Assembly: GCA_963772835.1 (NCBI GenBank)
Contig: CAVYYZ010000024.1
Coordinates: forward strand, 64,001 to 128,000
DNA: 64,000 nt
Direction of reading: 5' to 3'
From: an uncultured delta proteobacterium
GTDB lineage: Bacteria > Desulfobacterota > Desulfuromonadia > Geobacterales > Pseudopelobacteraceae
Below the pieces are notes generated by a model. It was not told the origin of the DNA. It did no database searches and saw nothing but the letters and a program-made list of their open reading frames with translations. This document shows, in pieces, positions 40,274 to 52,127 of the stretch. Within the stretch, counting starts at the first letter, position 1; every line of letters begins with the position of its first letter. Both the position numbers and the translations under genes were made by a program.

Positions 40274-41443
40274 TTAATCTACAGACTTACGTAAAAAAGT
40301 CGGAATATCATACTGATCGTCATCATCTTCAATAAAAGAGACGGGTGGACGGATTCTCGTGACATTCTCAGTTCTTTCTTTGTCACGCTGGAATGTCGGC
40401 CGGTCGAGAGAAGCTGGGCTGACGACATGTTTGTCAGCCAATGCGAAGTTATTTTTCCGGAGTTCCCTCCCTTTCTCAACATCAAAACGATCGCCGAAAC
40501 CGGTTGCGATGACGGTCACTTTGATGTTTTCACCCATTTCATCGTCCCGGACAACACCTATCTTGATATTGGCTTCTTCGTGGACTTTCTCGTGAACGAT
40601 ACGGTTAACAGTATTGTAATCGTCCATGGTCATTGATGCCGATCCGCTGATGTTGACAAGTACGCCTTTGGCACCCGAGATATCGTTGTCCTCCAGTAAC
40701 GGGCTTGAAATGGCGTTGTTTACCGCGTCGGCAGCACGATTATCGCCACTCCCCATGCCAATGCCCATCATGGCCATTCCGCGAACACTCATGACCGTCT
40801 TGACATCAGCAAAGTCAAGATTCATCAGTCCAGTAGAGGTGATCAGTTCGGAAATACCCTGAACTGCCTGACGAAGTACGTCATCTGAAGGCTTGAAGGC
40901 ATCGAAAAGGGACATGTTTTTACTGGCCAGGCTGATGAGGCGATCATTGGGAATGATAATCAGTGAATCTACATGCTTCTTCAGGTCTGCGATTCCCTGT
41001 TCAGCCAACAGGGTACGCGCCTTGCCCTCATAGGTGAATGGCTTTGTGACGACTCCGACGGTCAGGACTCCGGTTTCGCGTGCTGCCTGGGCGATTACAG
41101 GTGCGGCGCCGGTACCGGTGCCTCCGCCCATTCCGGCTGCTATGAAAACCAGATCTGCTCCTTTGATTGCTTCGGCAAGTTGTTCCCTGTTTTCAAGTGC
41201 GGCGGCTGTTCCAACCTCAGGCTTTGAGCCGGCACCGAGCCCTTTGGTCAGTTCCCGTCCCAGCTGCAGTTTAACCGGAGCTTTCGAGGTGCGTAGCGAT
41301 TGGGCGTCCGTGTTGGCAACAATAAAATCAACTTTATGTATGGAACTTGATATCATGGTGTTGACTGCATTTCCACCACCGCCCCCGACCCCGATTACTT
41401 TGATAACGGCGCTTTGCTCAATGGTCTCATCAAATTCGAACAT
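40274..41443 (-). CDS. ftsZ: Cell division protein FtsZ
   Basis: GVGGGGGNA, GGGTGTG, NLDFAD, C-terminal DIPTFLRK. Confidence 0.98.
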   Translation of the reverse strand: MFEFDETIEQSAVIKVIGVGGGGGNAVNTMISSSIHKVDFIVANTDAQSLRTSKAPVKLQLGRELTKGLGAGSKPEVGTAAALENREQLAEAIKGADLVFIAAGMGGGTGTGAAPVIAQAARETGVLTVGVVTKPFTYEGKARTLLAEQGIADLKKHVDSLIIIPNDRLISLASKNMSLFDAFKPSDDVLRQAVQGISELITSTGLMNLDFADVKTVMSVRGMAMMGIGMGSGDNRAADAVNNAISSPLLEDNDISGAKGVLVNISGSASMTMDDYNTVNRIVHEKVHEEANIKIGVVRDDEMGENIKVTVIATGFGDRFDVEKGRELRKNNFALADKHVVSPASLDRPTFQRDKERTENVTRIRPPVSFIEDDDDQYDIPTFLRKSVD

Positions 41444-41624
41444 ACAGTTCTCCCTCTATATTTTATGTCTTAAATTTCGTTATGAGTGACAGAAATGTAA
41501 CCTCATTTTAACCAAGAATCAAAGAAAAAAATAATATATTTTTTAAGAAAAAAAGGTGTCTTTAAAAATCAGAGTGTTAGGGGAATGTCTGCCGGAGTTA
41601 CGGGCATTTGAGCGGCTGTACCAT

Positions 41625-41665
41625 AAAAAATCAGGCTGTTTATCCGGGAGATAAACAGCCTGATT
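41625..41665 (-). terminator. Intrinsic terminator between ftsA and ftsZ
   Basis: 16-bp perfect stem AATCAGGCTGTTTATC/GATAAACAGCCTGATT plus T tract. Confidence 0.75.
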
Positions 41666-41694
41666 GCTGTGTGCCGTTGAGCATCGCATCCGGG

Positions 41695-42933
41695 TTAAAA
41701 AAATTCGCGGAACCACCCCTTCATGCGACCAAAAACAGAACCGAAAAGATTAGCTTCAGGTTTGCCGGTCGGGAACTCGCGGGAACCTGAGTTGCGACTC
41801 CCGTACACAACAAGGCCGACGCCTGTAGAATAGACCGGAGATTTTACGACATCGGTCAATCCGCCGATTTTCTGCGGGAGTCCCCGCCGGACCGGCAGAT
41901 TGAATATCTGTTCAGCCAGTTCCGGAATTCCTTCCAGGATGCTTGAACCGCCGGTGATGACGATACCTGATGCGATTGAGTCTTCCAGGCCTGATTTAAT
42001 GATTTCGCGGTTGACGAGCGAGAATATTTCTTCCATGCGCGGACCCAGTATTTCACATAATACGTTACGCGAAAGTTCGCGGGGCTTACGGCCGCCGACG
42101 CTCGGAACTTCAATCTTGTCTTCTTTGCCGACAAGTGAAGCCAGGCAGCAGCCGTACTTCTGCTTGATTTTCTCAGCTTCGGCAAACGGAGTACGAAGCC
42201 CCACGGCAATATCGTTCGTAAGCTGATTACCCCCCAGAGAGATAACCGATGTATATTTGATCGCCCCATCGGCAAAAATGGCAATATCGGTAGTACCACC
42301 GCCGATATCGACCATGCAGACGCCGAGCTCTTTTTCATCTTCGGAAAGGACCGCGTGGGACGATGCCAACTGCTCCAGTACGATATCAGCGACATCCAGT
42401 CCGGCCCGGTTACAGGATTTGACTATGTTCTGTGCACTGGCCACGGCACCGGTCACGATGTGTACCTTGGCTTCCAACCTGACGCCGCTCATGCCGAGCG
42501 GTTCGCGGATGCCGTCCTGTTCGTCAATGATGAACTCCTGCGGAAGGATGTGCAGCACTTCTCGATCCATCGGGATATTGATCGCTTTGGCGGCATCGAT
42601 GACCCGCCGTACATCATCCTGTGAAACCTCGCGGTTCTTGATGGCGATAACACCATTTGAGTTCAGCCCTTTGATATGGCCGCCTGCAATGCCGGCAAAG
42701 ACAGACTTGATCTCGCAGCCGGCCATCAGTTCCGCTTCTTCGATAGCTTTGCGAATGGCGCCTACAGTGCTTTCAATGTTAATGACAACGCCCTTGCGCA
42801 GGCCGCTTGAAGGACTGGTTCCGATACCGACGATATCGATACCTTCTTCCGTGACATTACCGACGATGGCGCAAATTTTGGTTGTGCCGATGTCGAGACC
42901 GACGATCAGACTATCCCGCTTTGTTGCTGACAT
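41695..42933 (-). CDS. ftsA: Cell division protein FtsA
   Basis: GLDIGTTKI, GMSGVRLE, DIGGGTTD, amphipathic C-terminus. Confidence 0.97.
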   Translation of the reverse strand: MSATKRDSLIVGLDIGTTKICAIVGNVTEEGIDIVGIGTSPSSGLRKGVVINIESTVGAIRKAIEEAELMAGCEIKSVFAGIAGGHIKGLNSNGVIAIKNREVSQDDVRRVIDAAKAINIPMDREVLHILPQEFIIDEQDGIREPLGMSGVRLEAKVHIVTGAVASAQNIVKSCNRAGLDVADIVLEQLASSHAVLSEDEKELGVCMVDIGGGTTDIAIFADGAIKYTSVISLGGNQLTNDIAVGLRTPFAEAEKIKQKYGCCLASLVGKEDKIEVPSVGGRKPRELSRNVLCEILGPRMEEIFSLVNREIIKSGLEDSIASGIVITGGSSILEGIPELAEQIFNLPVRRGLPQKIGGLTDVVKSPVYSTGVGLVVYGSRNSGSREFPTGKPEANLFGSVFGRMKGWFREFF

Positions 42934-42969
42934 ACAATTCCCCCTGCTGAAAAGTATTAAATGTGAGAA

Positions 42970-43794
42970 TCAGCTCTTTTTTATGATTATTTTGTCGTTG
43001 TAATCGAGATCGATATACTGAATTGAAGGCATCTGTACCATCAAATCCTGGTAGATTTTGGCAAACCGCTCCACTTTTTCGAGGAAGTCCCCTGAGCCGA
43101 CTTTGACCGGGAGTGCATTATTCGCTGTGAACAGAGTAAAACCGTACCCCTTATCGTAATGAATCTCTGATACATCCGCAAGGATAAATGCACCTTTCTC
43201 GCGTAATATCTTCAGGAGGAGGCAGGTGGTTTCAAGCGCTTCTTTAGCCCCTTTCGGGTCGCTGCCCAGTTCCTCCTCGCTGAAACCGGTTACAACCGGA
43301 TAATTAAGTTTGTCTCCTTGAGTAAGAACCTTGAAGACATTCCCTTTCTTGTCAAGATAATAAATGAACCCCATGTTGACGATTGCTACCGGTTCGCGTT
43401 CGGTGATGACGATTGAAATGCCATCGGGAAAATATCGATTGATACGTACGGTTTCCACCCAGGGGTTCTGCAGAATATGTTCTCCCATGCGTTTCAGGTT
43501 CATGCGGAGCAGATCCTTGCCCGGTTCTACGCCGGCCAAACCAAGGATTTCATCACGGGTCAGGTGCTTGGCGCTCGATACTTCAATCGATGTGAGAGAA
43601 AACAGGGTGACCTTTGTTACGGCTTTATAGCAACCGTACAGTATGCCGGTCACCAGCAAAAGTGCTGCCAGTCCGCCGGCAGCCATCTTCAGCGGGCGCA
43701 GATATTTCTTGAGATCACGCGGTGCGCGCTGAATCTTGATCTTGTTTGGCGCAACCTTTCTGCGCTGGTATGATGAATTTGCGAAGTCTCGCAC
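42970..43794 (-). CDS. ftsQ: Cell division protein FtsQ/DivIB
   Basis: Basic N-terminus, TM, POTRA (NPWV..FPD..EREP), YIDLDY; dcw position. Confidence 0.9.
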   Translation of the reverse strand: MRDFANSSYQRRKVAPNKIKIQRAPRDLKKYLRPLKMAAGGLAALLLVTGILYGCYKAVTKVTLFSLTSIEVSSAKHLTRDEILGLAGVEPGKDLLRMNLKRMGEHILQNPWVETVRINRYFPDGISIVITEREPVAIVNMGFIYYLDKKGNVFKVLTQGDKLNYPVVTGFSEEELGSDPKGAKEALETTCLLLKILREKGAFILADVSEIHYDKGYGFTLFTANNALPVKVGSGDFLEKVERFAKIYQDLMVQMPSIQYIDLDYNDKIIIKKS

Positions 43795-43797
43795 CTG

Positions 43798-44727
43798 TCA
43801 GTTCACCTTTATCGAGAGCGCAGCAGATTCTAAAATTCGTGAAACAAGCTCCTCAAACGACAATCCTGCCCCTTTCGCTGCGATTTCCGGGAGAAGCGAG
43901 AGAGCAGTCATTCCCGGTAGCGTGTTAACTTCAAGAACAAAGCAGTCGCCGGCAGAGGTCACAAGCAGGTCCACACGGCTGTACCCTTTGCAGCCCAGGG
44001 CACGGTGGGCAGCCAGACCGACCTGCTGTGCTTTATCATACAACCCTTGTTCCAGGCGGGCCGGGAAGATATGTTCCGCCATACCGTCCGTATATTTTGC
44101 TTCAAAGTCGTAGAATTCATTTTTAGGGACGATTTCGATGGCACCGACCGGCCTGTCGTCCAGGATGCCAATCTGTACCTCCTGTCCTTTGACATACTGC
44201 TCTATCAGGATCTCTTCATCATATCGGAAAGCCAGTTGAAGGGCCGCTTCCAGTTGGCTGTCATCTTTAACAATGGTGATCCCGACTGATGAGCCTTCCT
44301 GAACCGGTTTGACAACCAGCGGCAGGTCGAATGGCAGTTCGTTCAGCCTGACGGTTTGACCGCGTTGGTAACATCGAAAGGGTGCAGTCAGTATGCCGCT
44401 GGAAGCAAAAATCTGCTTGCTGTACAGCTTGTGCATGGCCAGGGCACTGGCCAGTACGCCGGATCCGGTGTAAGGGATCTTCAGCAGCTCGAGCAACCCC
44501 TGTACGCAGCCATCTTCTCCGTAGCGGCCATGCAGGGCGATAAAGGCAACGTCGACCCCTTCGCGCTGCAGTACTTCTGCCAGATCGCGCCCGACATCCA
44601 CTGCCACCGCGTTGTACCCCTGTGCAATAAGCGCCTGGTAAACTGCGGTGCCGCTCTTCAGTGAGACCTCCCGCTCGGCCGACAGGCCGCCGAACAGGAC
44701 GCCGATTTTTTTTGATTTAGGTGTCAC
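43798..44727 (-). CDS. ddl: D-alanine--D-alanine ligase
   Basis: [42 protein letters not shown] start. Confidence 0.96.
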   Translation of the reverse strand: MTPKSKKIGVLFGGLSAEREVSLKSGTAVYQALIAQGYNAVAVDVGRDLAEVLQREGVDVAFIALHGRYGEDGCVQGLLELLKIPYTGSGVLASALAMHKLYSKQIFASSGILTAPFRCYQRGQTVRLNELPFDLPLVVKPVQEGSSVGITIVKDDSQLEAALQLAFRYDEEILIEQYVKGQEVQIGILDDRPVGAIEIVPKNEFYDFEAKYTDGMAEHIFPARLEQGLYDKAQQVGLAAHRALGCKGYSRVDLLVTSAGDCFVLEVNTLPGMTALSLLPEIAAKGAGLSFEELVSRILESAALSIKVN

Positions 44728-44765
44728 TGAAACCTTCCTTACGCGCAATCTGCACACTGCAGAAG

Positions 44766-45683
44766 TTAAACTTCACCAACTATACGGACTTCTTCATCCA
44801 GTGTCACTCCGGATATTGAGAATACGGCGTTTTTTACGGTTGTCGCGAGAGTCATGAAATCCTGAGCGGTCGCTCCCCCCGTGTTGATCAGGAAGTTGCT
44901 GTGTACCTCAGAAACCTGTGCACCGCCAACTTTTGTACCGCGCATGCCGGCTGCGTCGATCAATCTCCAGGCGGCCTGACCGTTCGGGTTTTTGAAGAAC
45001 GATCCCGCGCTGGGGAAGCCGACGTTATGCTTGGAGCGGCGTAACTCCAGATCCTTGCGGACCTCCTCCTCGGTCAGGAGCGGATCGCGCCGGTCCAGTC
45101 TGAATGTAGCTGCCAGTACGATGTCGCCATCCTCCAGTCGCAGGTGACGGTATCCGTAATCAAGATCCTCCATTCGGAACTCACCGATTGTGCCGTCTCG
45201 CAACAGAGTGAGGTGGTCGGTCCTCGTCAGGATCCCCTCGCCATACGCACCGGCGTTCATCTTTATGGCGCCGCCGATTGTGCCGGGAATTCCGGATATA
45301 AAACCGATACCTCCAAGCCCATTGTTCTGGGCAAATCTGACCACGGCCAGATTCTCGGCACCTGCCTCCGCTCGTATGTAACCTCCCTCGGAAAAGGACA
45401 GGTCGGAGCCGGCATGCGGTATGACTTCAATCCGGTCGAACCGCTCCAGTGAAATCACCGCCCCGCGAATCCCCTTGTCCCGCACCAGCAGGTTGTACCC
45501 CCTGCCGATCGGTATCCACGCGATGTGCTCATCATTCAGCCACATCAGCAGATTGTGCAGATCCGCACCATCTTCCGGAATCGCATAAAGGTCCGCCGGC
45601 CCTCCTGTCTTAAGCGAAGTATGGAGGCACATGGGTTCGTTGCGCAGCAGTCGGCCGCGAAACTCGAATGCTGGCGGTTTCAA
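44766..45683 (-). CDS. murB: UDP-N-acetylenolpyruvoylglucosamine reductase
   Basis: [39 protein letters not shown] start overlapping the murC stop is inferred. Confidence 0.93.
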   Translation of the reverse strand: MKPPAFEFRGRLLRNEPMCLHTSLKTGGPADLYAIPEDGADLHNLLMWLNDEHIAWIPIGRGYNLLVRDKGIRGAVISLERFDRIEVIPHAGSDLSFSEGGYIRAEAGAENLAVVRFAQNNGLGGIGFISGIPGTIGGAIKMNAGAYGEGILTRTDHLTLLRDGTIGEFRMEDLDYGYRHLRLEDGDIVLAATFRLDRRDPLLTEEEVRKDLELRRSKHNVGFPSAGSFFKNPNGQAAWRLIDAAGMRGTKVGGAQVSEVHSNFLINTGGATAQDFMTLATTVKNAVFSISGVTLDEEVRIVGEV

Positions 45684-47059
45684 CGAGGTGCTCCTAATAA
45701 TCTGACCAGCTCTTCTCCCTGTTGCCAAATGTTCCCGGCTCCCAGCGTAATGACAATGTCACCTTCTCTCACTATTCCTGCCAGGTGCCCGGGGATCAGC
45801 TCCCGATTTGCAATCCAGGTGACATCCTTCTGGCCGTGCCGCAGAATCTCAGCTGCCAGCCGTTCTGACGTTGCTCCCGGAATCGGCTGTTCTCCTGCCG
45901 AATAGACATCTGTCAGAATCAGTGAGTCTGCATCGTAGAAGGCGGTCACAAAATCGTTGAACAGCTCATGTGTGCGAGAGTAGCGGTGTGGTTGAAAAGC
46001 GGCCACGATACGCCGTTCGGGCCATCCCTGACGGGCTGCCGCCAGCGTCGCTCTGATCTCGGCCGGATGGTGCCCGTAGTCGTCCACCACCATAATTCCC
46101 TGTGGTTCTCCCTTGACGGTAAAGCGTCGTCCGACACCGCTGAACCCGGCAAAACCTTCCTGAATTGCCGCAAAAGGGACATCCAGCTCCAATGCCACCG
46201 CAATGCAGGCCATGGCATTGAGGACATTATGCGGTCCCGGCATCGGAAAGGAGATTTCACCGAGCCGGTACCCTTTGAAATGTGCGACAAACGACGTCAG
46301 AAAGCCGTCATGCCTGATATGGGTGGCTCGAATGTCGGCCTGGGCTGATAATCCGTATGTCATATACCGCTTTTTGACCAGTGGCAGAATCTCGCAAATA
46401 TGTTTGTCATCCAGGCAGAGAACTGCCAGCCCGTAAAAGGGGACTTTGTTGATGAATTCGACAAAAGTGTCCTTGATCTCTTCAATGCCGGAATAGTGGT
46501 CAAGATGGTCAGCATCGATATTGGTAACCACGGCGATCGTCGGTGAGAGCAGCAGGAATGATCCATCCGATTCGTCCGCTTCGGCAAGCAGGAATTTGCC
46601 CTGTCCGATCTGGGCGTTTGTTCCGATAGCATTCAGTTTCCCGCCGATGACTACCGTTGGATCGATACCGGCATGTCCGAGTATGGCTGCGGCCATCGAG
46701 GTGGTCGTGGTTTTCCCGTGGGTTCCGGCGATGGCGATGCCGTATTTCATCCGCATCAGTTCGGCCAGCATTTCCGCACGAGGGATAACAGGTATATGCA
46801 GCCGTTTGGCTTCAATTACTTCGGGGTTGTCGCTGTGCACGGCGGAGGATATGACCACCACATCAACATTTTTCAGGTTTTCTGCCGTGTGTCCGATACC
46901 GATTTCGGCACCCAGTCCGGTCAGGCGCTCGGTTATTTCGGAACCGCGCAAATCGGACCCGGAAACTTTGTAATCCAGATTAAGGAGAACTTCAGCAATT
47001 CCGCTCATGCCGATGCCGCCGATTCCGACGAAGTGAATTTTATCGATTTTTCCGTACAT
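45680..47059 (-). CDS. murC: UDP-N-acetylmuramate--L-alanine ligase
   Basis: [38 protein letters not shown]. Confidence 0.97.
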   Translation of the reverse strand: MYGKIDKIHFVGIGGIGMSGIAEVLLNLDYKVSGSDLRGSEITERLTGLGAEIGIGHTAENLKNVDVVVISSAVHSDNPEVIEAKRLHIPVIPRAEMLAELMRMKYGIAIAGTHGKTTTTSMAAAILGHAGIDPTVVIGGKLNAIGTNAQIGQGKFLLAEADESDGSFLLLSPTIAVVTNIDADHLDHYSGIEEIKDTFVEFINKVPFYGLAVLCLDDKHICEILPLVKKRYMTYGLSAQADIRATHIRHDGFLTSFVAHFKGYRLGEISFPMPGPHNVLNAMACIAVALELDVPFAAIQEGFAGFSGVGRRFTVKGEPQGIMVVDDYGHHPAEIRATLAAARQGWPERRIVAAFQPHRYSRTHELFNDFVTAFYDADSLILTDVYSAGEQPIPGATSERLAAEILRHGQKDVTWIANRELIPGHLAGIVREGDIVITLGAGNIWQQGEELVRLLGAPR

Positions 47060-47076
47060 GGGAACACCTTCCTGAT

Positions 47077-48171
47077 TTAGTGGGCCTGCATCATTTCATC
47101 GACAATGATTCTGGCGGCATCCAGCCGCGCCAGACTAAGTGCCGATTCTCCGGTACGGCGCACAAGATCCGGGTCTTTTGCAATCGTGCTGACGGCTCCG
47201 GCCAGGCTCGCTCCCGTCAGTTCCCGCTCCAGCATCATGAAGCAGGCGTCCTTCTTGAGCAGTGCCTCGGCGTTGCGACGCTGATGATCATCTACTGCGT
47301 GCGGAAAAGGTATGAACAGGCAGGTCTTGCCGCAGGCGGTCACTTCGGCAATGGTTGTGGCGCCGGCCCGGCAAATTATCAGGTCCGCCCGGGCGTATTC
47401 TGTCGCCATATCGCTGATAAAGGGCATTACCTGCGCTTCGATGCCTGCATCCCGGTACGCTGCGGCAACTTCGGCACAATCCTTCTCTCCGGTCTGGTGT
47501 GTGATTGCTATCCTGCCCAGACTCTCTTTCAACAGCGGGAGCGCTTCAATCATGGCGATATTGATGGCGTGGGCGCCCTGGCTGCCGCCAAAGATAAAAA
47601 GCCGGAAAACGTCTGCAGATCCGGAAACAGCAACATTGGAAGATGACGCTTTTTCAACCATATCAAGAATCTGACGCCGCAGCGGGTTACCGGTCAGCAG
47701 CGTCGATGCGGCAGGGAAATATCGTGTCGACTCTTCCAGTGTTATGAATACTTTGCTGGCGAACCTGGACAGCAGGCGATTTGTCTGGCCGGGAATGGCA
47801 TTCTGTTCGTGTATGAAACGGGGGATCTGCAAGCCGCGGCTCGCCAGAACCATCGGCAGGGATGCATATCCACCAACGCCAAGAACCATATCCGGACGGA
47901 ATCTCTTCAGGATCTTTCTCGACTGGGCGTAGCCGTAGACCATCATGAACGCGCCTTTAATCTGGCTGAAAGTCCCTTTGCCGCGAATCCCCGCAGCTGA
48001 AATCAATTCCAATTGATAGCCGGCCGCCGGAACAGACCGCGCCTCAATCCCCCGTTCGGTTCCGACAAACAAGACTTCGTTGACCGAATCCCTCGACAAA
48101 AATTCTTCGGCGACGGCGATTCCGGGGAAAAGATGCCCGCCGGTGCCTCCACCGGCAATAATCAGCTTCAT
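47077..48171 (-). CDS. murG: Lipid II GlcNAc transferase
   Basis: GGGTGGH, GGY, HEQN, GNPLR, GGSQGA, RAGATT. Confidence 0.97.
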   Translation of the reverse strand: MKLIIAGGGTGGHLFPGIAVAEEFLSRDSVNEVLFVGTERGIEARSVPAAGYQLELISAAGIRGKGTFSQIKGAFMMVYGYAQSRKILKRFRPDMVLGVGGYASLPMVLASRGLQIPRFIHEQNAIPGQTNRLLSRFASKVFITLEESTRYFPAASTLLTGNPLRRQILDMVEKASSSNVAVSGSADVFRLFIFGGSQGAHAINIAMIEALPLLKESLGRIAITHQTGEKDCAEVAAAYRDAGIEAQVMPFISDMATEYARADLIICRAGATTIAEVTACGKTCLFIPFPHAVDDHQRRNAEALLKKDACFMMLERELTGASLAGAVSTIAKDPDLVRRTGESALSLARLDAARIIVDEMMQAH

Positions 48172-49298
48172 TTTTCCTCCTTGAGGCTGACGGAGGAGAT
48201 TTTCAGTCCCGACGAAATGTTGAGTAGGATGCCGACGGCAAACAGACTGATCAGCAGGGAGCTGCCGCCGTAACTGATAAAGGGAAGGGCCAAACCTTTT
48301 GTCGGGAGCAGACCGGTCACAACGCCCATATTGACAGAGGCTTCTATTCCGAACAGAACGGCAATTCCGAGAGCCAGAAACCGCCCGAATGTATCGGGAG
48401 CTGCAACAGCGATTCGCATGGCGCGCTGCACCAGGAGAAAGAACATGCCGATGATTACGACCACACCAAGGAAGCCGAGTTCCTCACCGACTACCGAGAG
48501 AATAAAGTCGGTATGCGCTTCAGGTAGATAGAAGAGTTTCTGTTTCCCTTCACCCAGTCCCCGTCCGAAAAGCCCCCCGGTTCCAAGGGCCAGCCAGGAT
48601 TGGATGATCTGAAAGCCGCTGTTCTGTGGATCCTGCCACGGGTCGAGAAAAGCCAGAATGCGCCGTTTGCGGTATGCGACGTTCATAATCAGAAAATAGA
48701 TGAACGGCATCGACATCAGAACTATGGATATAATATAGACCAGCCGGGTTCCGGCGGCAAAAAGCATTATAATGGCGACAGCCGCCAGTGTAAGTGCAGA
48801 GCCCATATCCGGCTGTTTAAGCAGAAGTCCCAGCATCACGAGGAGAATCAGCATATATGAGACAAATCCGGGGCCGAGCTGTTTGATTTTGTCCTGTTTT
48901 CTGTCAAGTGAATAGGCCATATAGATAATCAGGGCTATTTTAGCGATCTCAGATGGTTGAAAATTAAACCCGGGGAACAGTCGTATCCAGCGGGAAGCAC
49001 CACCTGCGCTCCCTCCTATTCCGGGGATAAGCACCAGTACCAGCAGCACGATGCATCCAAGGAGGATCGGAGCGGCCAGCTTGCGCCAGAATTGGTAGTT
49101 GATCCGCATGGTGACCAGCATCAGTGCAAAGCCGAGGAGGGCAAACAATCCCTGGCGTTTGAGGAAGAAGAAACCGTCGTGAAAACGTTTGGCCGCCATT
49201 ATGGAAGACGCCGAATATACCATTACCACCCCGAAACAGGTAAGGGCAATGGCCATCAGCATGATCACCAGATCGTATTCTTCCAGTTTCTTGAACAT
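48168..49298 (-). CDS. ftsW: SEDS peptidoglycan polymerase FtsW
   Basis: MVYSAS, RWI, FQPSE, QPD, LPEAHTDF, SYGGSS. Confidence 0.96.
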   Translation of the reverse strand: MFKKLEEYDLVIMLMAIALTCFGVVMVYSASSIMAAKRFHDGFFFLKRQGLFALLGFALMLVTMRINYQFWRKLAAPILLGCIVLLVLVLIPGIGGSAGGASRWIRLFPGFNFQPSEIAKIALIIYMAYSLDRKQDKIKQLGPGFVSYMLILLVMLGLLLKQPDMGSALTLAAVAIIMLFAAGTRLVYIISIVLMSMPFIYFLIMNVAYRKRRILAFLDPWQDPQNSGFQIIQSWLALGTGGLFGRGLGEGKQKLFYLPEAHTDFILSVVGEELGFLGVVVIIGMFFLLVQRAMRIAVAAPDTFGRFLALGIAVLFGIEASVNMGVVTGLLPTKGLALPFISYGGSSLLISLFAVGILLNISSGLKISSVSLKEEK

Positions 49299-49311
49299 AG
49301 ATGTTTTTCCC

Positions 49312-49385
49312 GTAGGGGCGCATTGAATGCGCCCTTGTTGCAACAGTGTGCCAAAGAGGCCCGGGCGGACGCAGTCCGCCCCTAC
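49312..49385. repeat. Inverted pair of GTAG-family REP-like palindromes
   Basis: GTAGGGGCGCATTGAATGCGCCC ... GGGCGGACGCAGTCCGCCCCTAC; the second copy contains the murD TAG. Confidence 0.8.
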
Positions 49386-50722
49386 AGTGCCTTTACCGCA
49401 GCGATAAACCGCTGCGCACGCTCTTCATAATCTTTGAACATATCAAAGCTGGAACAGGCCGGTGACATCAGAACGGTGCCGCCGGTGGCCGTAATCTGTG
49501 CCGAAATCTGAACGGCATCTTCCAGAGTGGCTGCGCGGTGGGTATCGGCCATCTGCCCCAGTTCCCGTTCCATCCGCTCAGCTGCTTCGCCGATCAGTAT
49601 CAGGTGCTGTACGCGTTCCTGCACCAGCGGTACAAGCGGGCTGTATGAGCCACCTTTGTCTTTTCCGCCGGCTATGAGTGTGATGTTGGTAAAGCTTTCC
49701 AGCGCTTTTTCGACGCTGCCAACGTTAGTTGCCTTGCTGTCCTCGTAATAACTGACGCCGTTCACTTCTCGCACAAACTCCATACGATGGTGAAGTGCTT
49801 CAAAGCAGAGAATCGTCTCATAAGTTTCATCCGGACGGCAGCCGAGCAACAGAGCGCAAGCAACGGCCGCCATGATATTTTCCCGATTATGTACTCCCTG
49901 CAACCGGATGGCGGCGGTGGGAAAACATTCCTCGTGACCGTTATGACGATAGGTGATTACTCCCTCTTTGTAGAAGATCCCTTCGTCAAGTTCAATTTTT
50001 CTGCTGAACGGGAACAACGAGGCCTTAAGGCCCTGTGCATGCTTCCAGACCAGCGGGTCATCCCGGTTGACGACGGCGAAATCGTCCTCAGTCTGGTTTT
50101 CAAAGATGCGCAGCTTGGCAGCGATATACGCCTGATAATCCGGATAGCGGTCGAGATGATCTTCACTCAGGTTCAACAGTGCCGCCACGGTCGGCCGGAA
50201 CGATGTGATCCACTCCAGCTGGAATGAACTGATTTCTGCGACGACCTGGTCTACAATCTGATGTGATTCCGCCAGTTCAATCAGTGGGTTGCCGATGTTG
50301 CCGCCAACAAACGTGTGATAGCCGTTGTGCCTGAATATAGCACCCAGAAGGGTTGTGGTTGTAGTCTTGCCGTTGGTGCCGGTGATTGCAGCCAATGGCA
50401 CATCGATGAAGCGGGCCGCCAGTTCTATCTCACTGATGATCTCTCGTCCGGCACGCTGTGCCGCAACAAGTTGCGGCAGATCCATTGGTACGCCGGGGGA
50501 AACCACTATCAGATCAACGGTCAGAAAGGTGTTCTCGTCATGTCGTTCCAACTCAGTGGTGATGTTGTAGTGCCCCAGTTCTGCCAATGCTGCTGCAAGA
50601 TCTGATTCAGAACGCATGTCGGAGACAGTCACCTGAGCTCCTTTTGCGGCCAGAAAACGGGCACAGGCCACGCCGGTCTTGGCGAGGCCGACGACGAGAA
50701 TTTTCATGCCTATAGGTTCCAT
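49382..50722 (-). CDS. murD: UDP-MurNAc-L-Ala--D-Glu ligase
   Basis: [42 protein letters not shown]. Confidence 0.97.
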   Translation of the reverse strand: MEPIGMKILVVGLAKTGVACARFLAAKGAQVTVSDMRSESDLAAALAELGHYNITTELERHDENTFLTVDLIVVSPGVPMDLPQLVAAQRAGREIISEIELAARFIDVPLAAITGTNGKTTTTTLLGAIFRHNGYHTFVGGNIGNPLIELAESHQIVDQVVAEISSFQLEWITSFRPTVAALLNLSEDHLDRYPDYQAYIAAKLRIFENQTEDDFAVVNRDDPLVWKHAQGLKASLFPFSRKIELDEGIFYKEGVITYRHNGHEECFPTAAIRLQGVHNRENIMAAVACALLLGCRPDETYETILCFEALHHRMEFVREVNGVSYYEDSKATNVGSVEKALESFTNITLIAGGKDKGGSYSPLVPLVQERVQHLILIGEAAERMERELGQMADTHRAATLEDAVQISAQITATGGTVLMSPACSSFDMFKDYEERAQRFIAAVKAL

Positions 50723-50734
50723 GGTCCGCTTCCC

Positions 50735-51001
50735 CTAAAATTGAAACTGAAGACCGACCTTGTACAGGTTATTAAAAATCACTGTACCCGTAAATTCGCC
50801 GGGAATCAAAAAGGAGTCGTTGCCGATCATGAGGCTGCATTGTCGTCCCTCAGGAATGGAACTCCGCTGTTTTCTGACAAACTTGATCAAGGCTCCTGTG
50901 TTAGAAATATTTTCAAGGATGCCTTTGTATGTTTTCCCGTTATATACAAGAAGGCAGTTGTTGAGACATTCAACCCGTTCGCTTTTTCTTTTTTCGGTCA
51001 T
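50735..51001 (-). CDS. Stand-alone PilZ-domain protein (putative c-di-GMP receptor)
   Basis: RKSER (RxxxR) and NISNTG ((D/N)xSxxG), C-terminal VGLQF; AGGAGG RBS. Confidence 0.85.
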   Translation of the reverse strand: MTEKRKSERVECLNNCLLVYNGKTYKGILENISNTGALIKFVRKQRSSIPEGRQCSLMIGNDSFLIPGEFTGTVIFNNLYKVGLQFQF

Positions 51002-51047
51002 GTTCGTCCTCCTGTGAGTCACATTACTGCAGGACATCTGAGGTTTT

Positions 51048-52124
51048 TTATCTCATTTTCAGTGTTGAAATTGCTACCAGTGCCAGGATAATGCTGATAA
51101 TCCAGAAACGGACGATGATCTTTGGTTCAGCGACGCCTTTAAGTTCGAAGTGGTGGTGAATCGGTGCCATCCGGAAGATCCGCTTGCCGCGATATTTGTA
51201 GGAACCGACCTGAAAAATTACGGAAAGCGCCTCGACCACAAAAATTCCCCCTACGATCACGAGCAGAATCTCCTGCTTTGTCAGTATTGCGATCGTCCCG
51301 AGCGTCCCGCCCAGAGAGAGTGAACCGACGTCTCCCATAAAGACCTCCGCCGGATACGAGTTGTACCAGAGGAAGCCGAGGCCTGCACCGACCATTGCCC
51401 CGCACAGTACGGCAAGTTCTCCTGCACCCACCACTCGCGGTATCTGCAGATAAGCCGACAAGGTGGCGTGTCCGGCGATGTAGGAAAAGAGCATGTAGGT
51501 TGCGGCATTTATCGCCACCGGACCGATGGCAAGTCCGTCCAGCCCGTCAGTCAGGTTGACGGCGTTGCTGGCACCTACAATCACCAGCGTTGCAAACGGG
51601 ATAAACCAGATCCAGAGATCCGGATGAAAGTTTTTGAATAACGGGAAATAGAGCAGTTCACTGAACCCCGGCTTGAGGAACAGATACACGGCTACCGAAC
51701 CACCAAGTAAAACCTGCCAAAACAGTTTCTGGCGGGCAGACAGCCCCTTCGTATCTTTTTTGACTACTTTTTTGTAGTCGTCTACAAAGCCGATCAGGCC
51801 GAATCCGATCGTTATGAAAAGGGTGATCCAGATGTACTGATTGGTGAGATCTGCCCAGAGAAGGGTAGGGATGACAATAGCGGTAAGAATTATTACGCCG
51901 CCCATGGTGGGGGTCCCCTGCTTCTGCAGGTGCGATTCCGGACCGTCGGTGCGGATGACCTGGCGGGCCTGCAGAGATTCCAGCTTGCGAATGATCCAGG
52001 GGCCAAGGATGAAACATACCACCAGCGCTGTAATCATGGCATAAATAGTCCGGAATGTCAGATACTTGAATATATTAAACAGTTTGATGTTGGTCGCGAG
52101 CGGATAAAAAATGTGATAGAGCAT
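51048..52124 (-). CDS. mraY: Phospho-MurNAc-pentapeptide transferase
   Basis: [37 protein letters not shown]. Confidence 0.97.
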   Translation of the reverse strand: MLYHIFYPLATNIKLFNIFKYLTFRTIYAMITALVVCFILGPWIIRKLESLQARQVIRTDGPESHLQKQGTPTMGGVIILTAIVIPTLLWADLTNQYIWITLFITIGFGLIGFVDDYKKVVKKDTKGLSARQKLFWQVLLGGSVAVYLFLKPGFSELLYFPLFKNFHPDLWIWFIPFATLVIVGASNAVNLTDGLDGLAIGPVAINAATYMLFSYIAGHATLSAYLQIPRVVGAGELAVLCGAMVGAGLGFLWYNSYPAEVFMGDVGSLSLGGTLGTIAILTKQEILLVIVGGIFVVEALSVIFQVGSYKYRGKRIFRMAPIHHHFELKGVAEPKIIVRFWIISIILALVAISTLKMR

Positions 52125-52127
52125 GAG

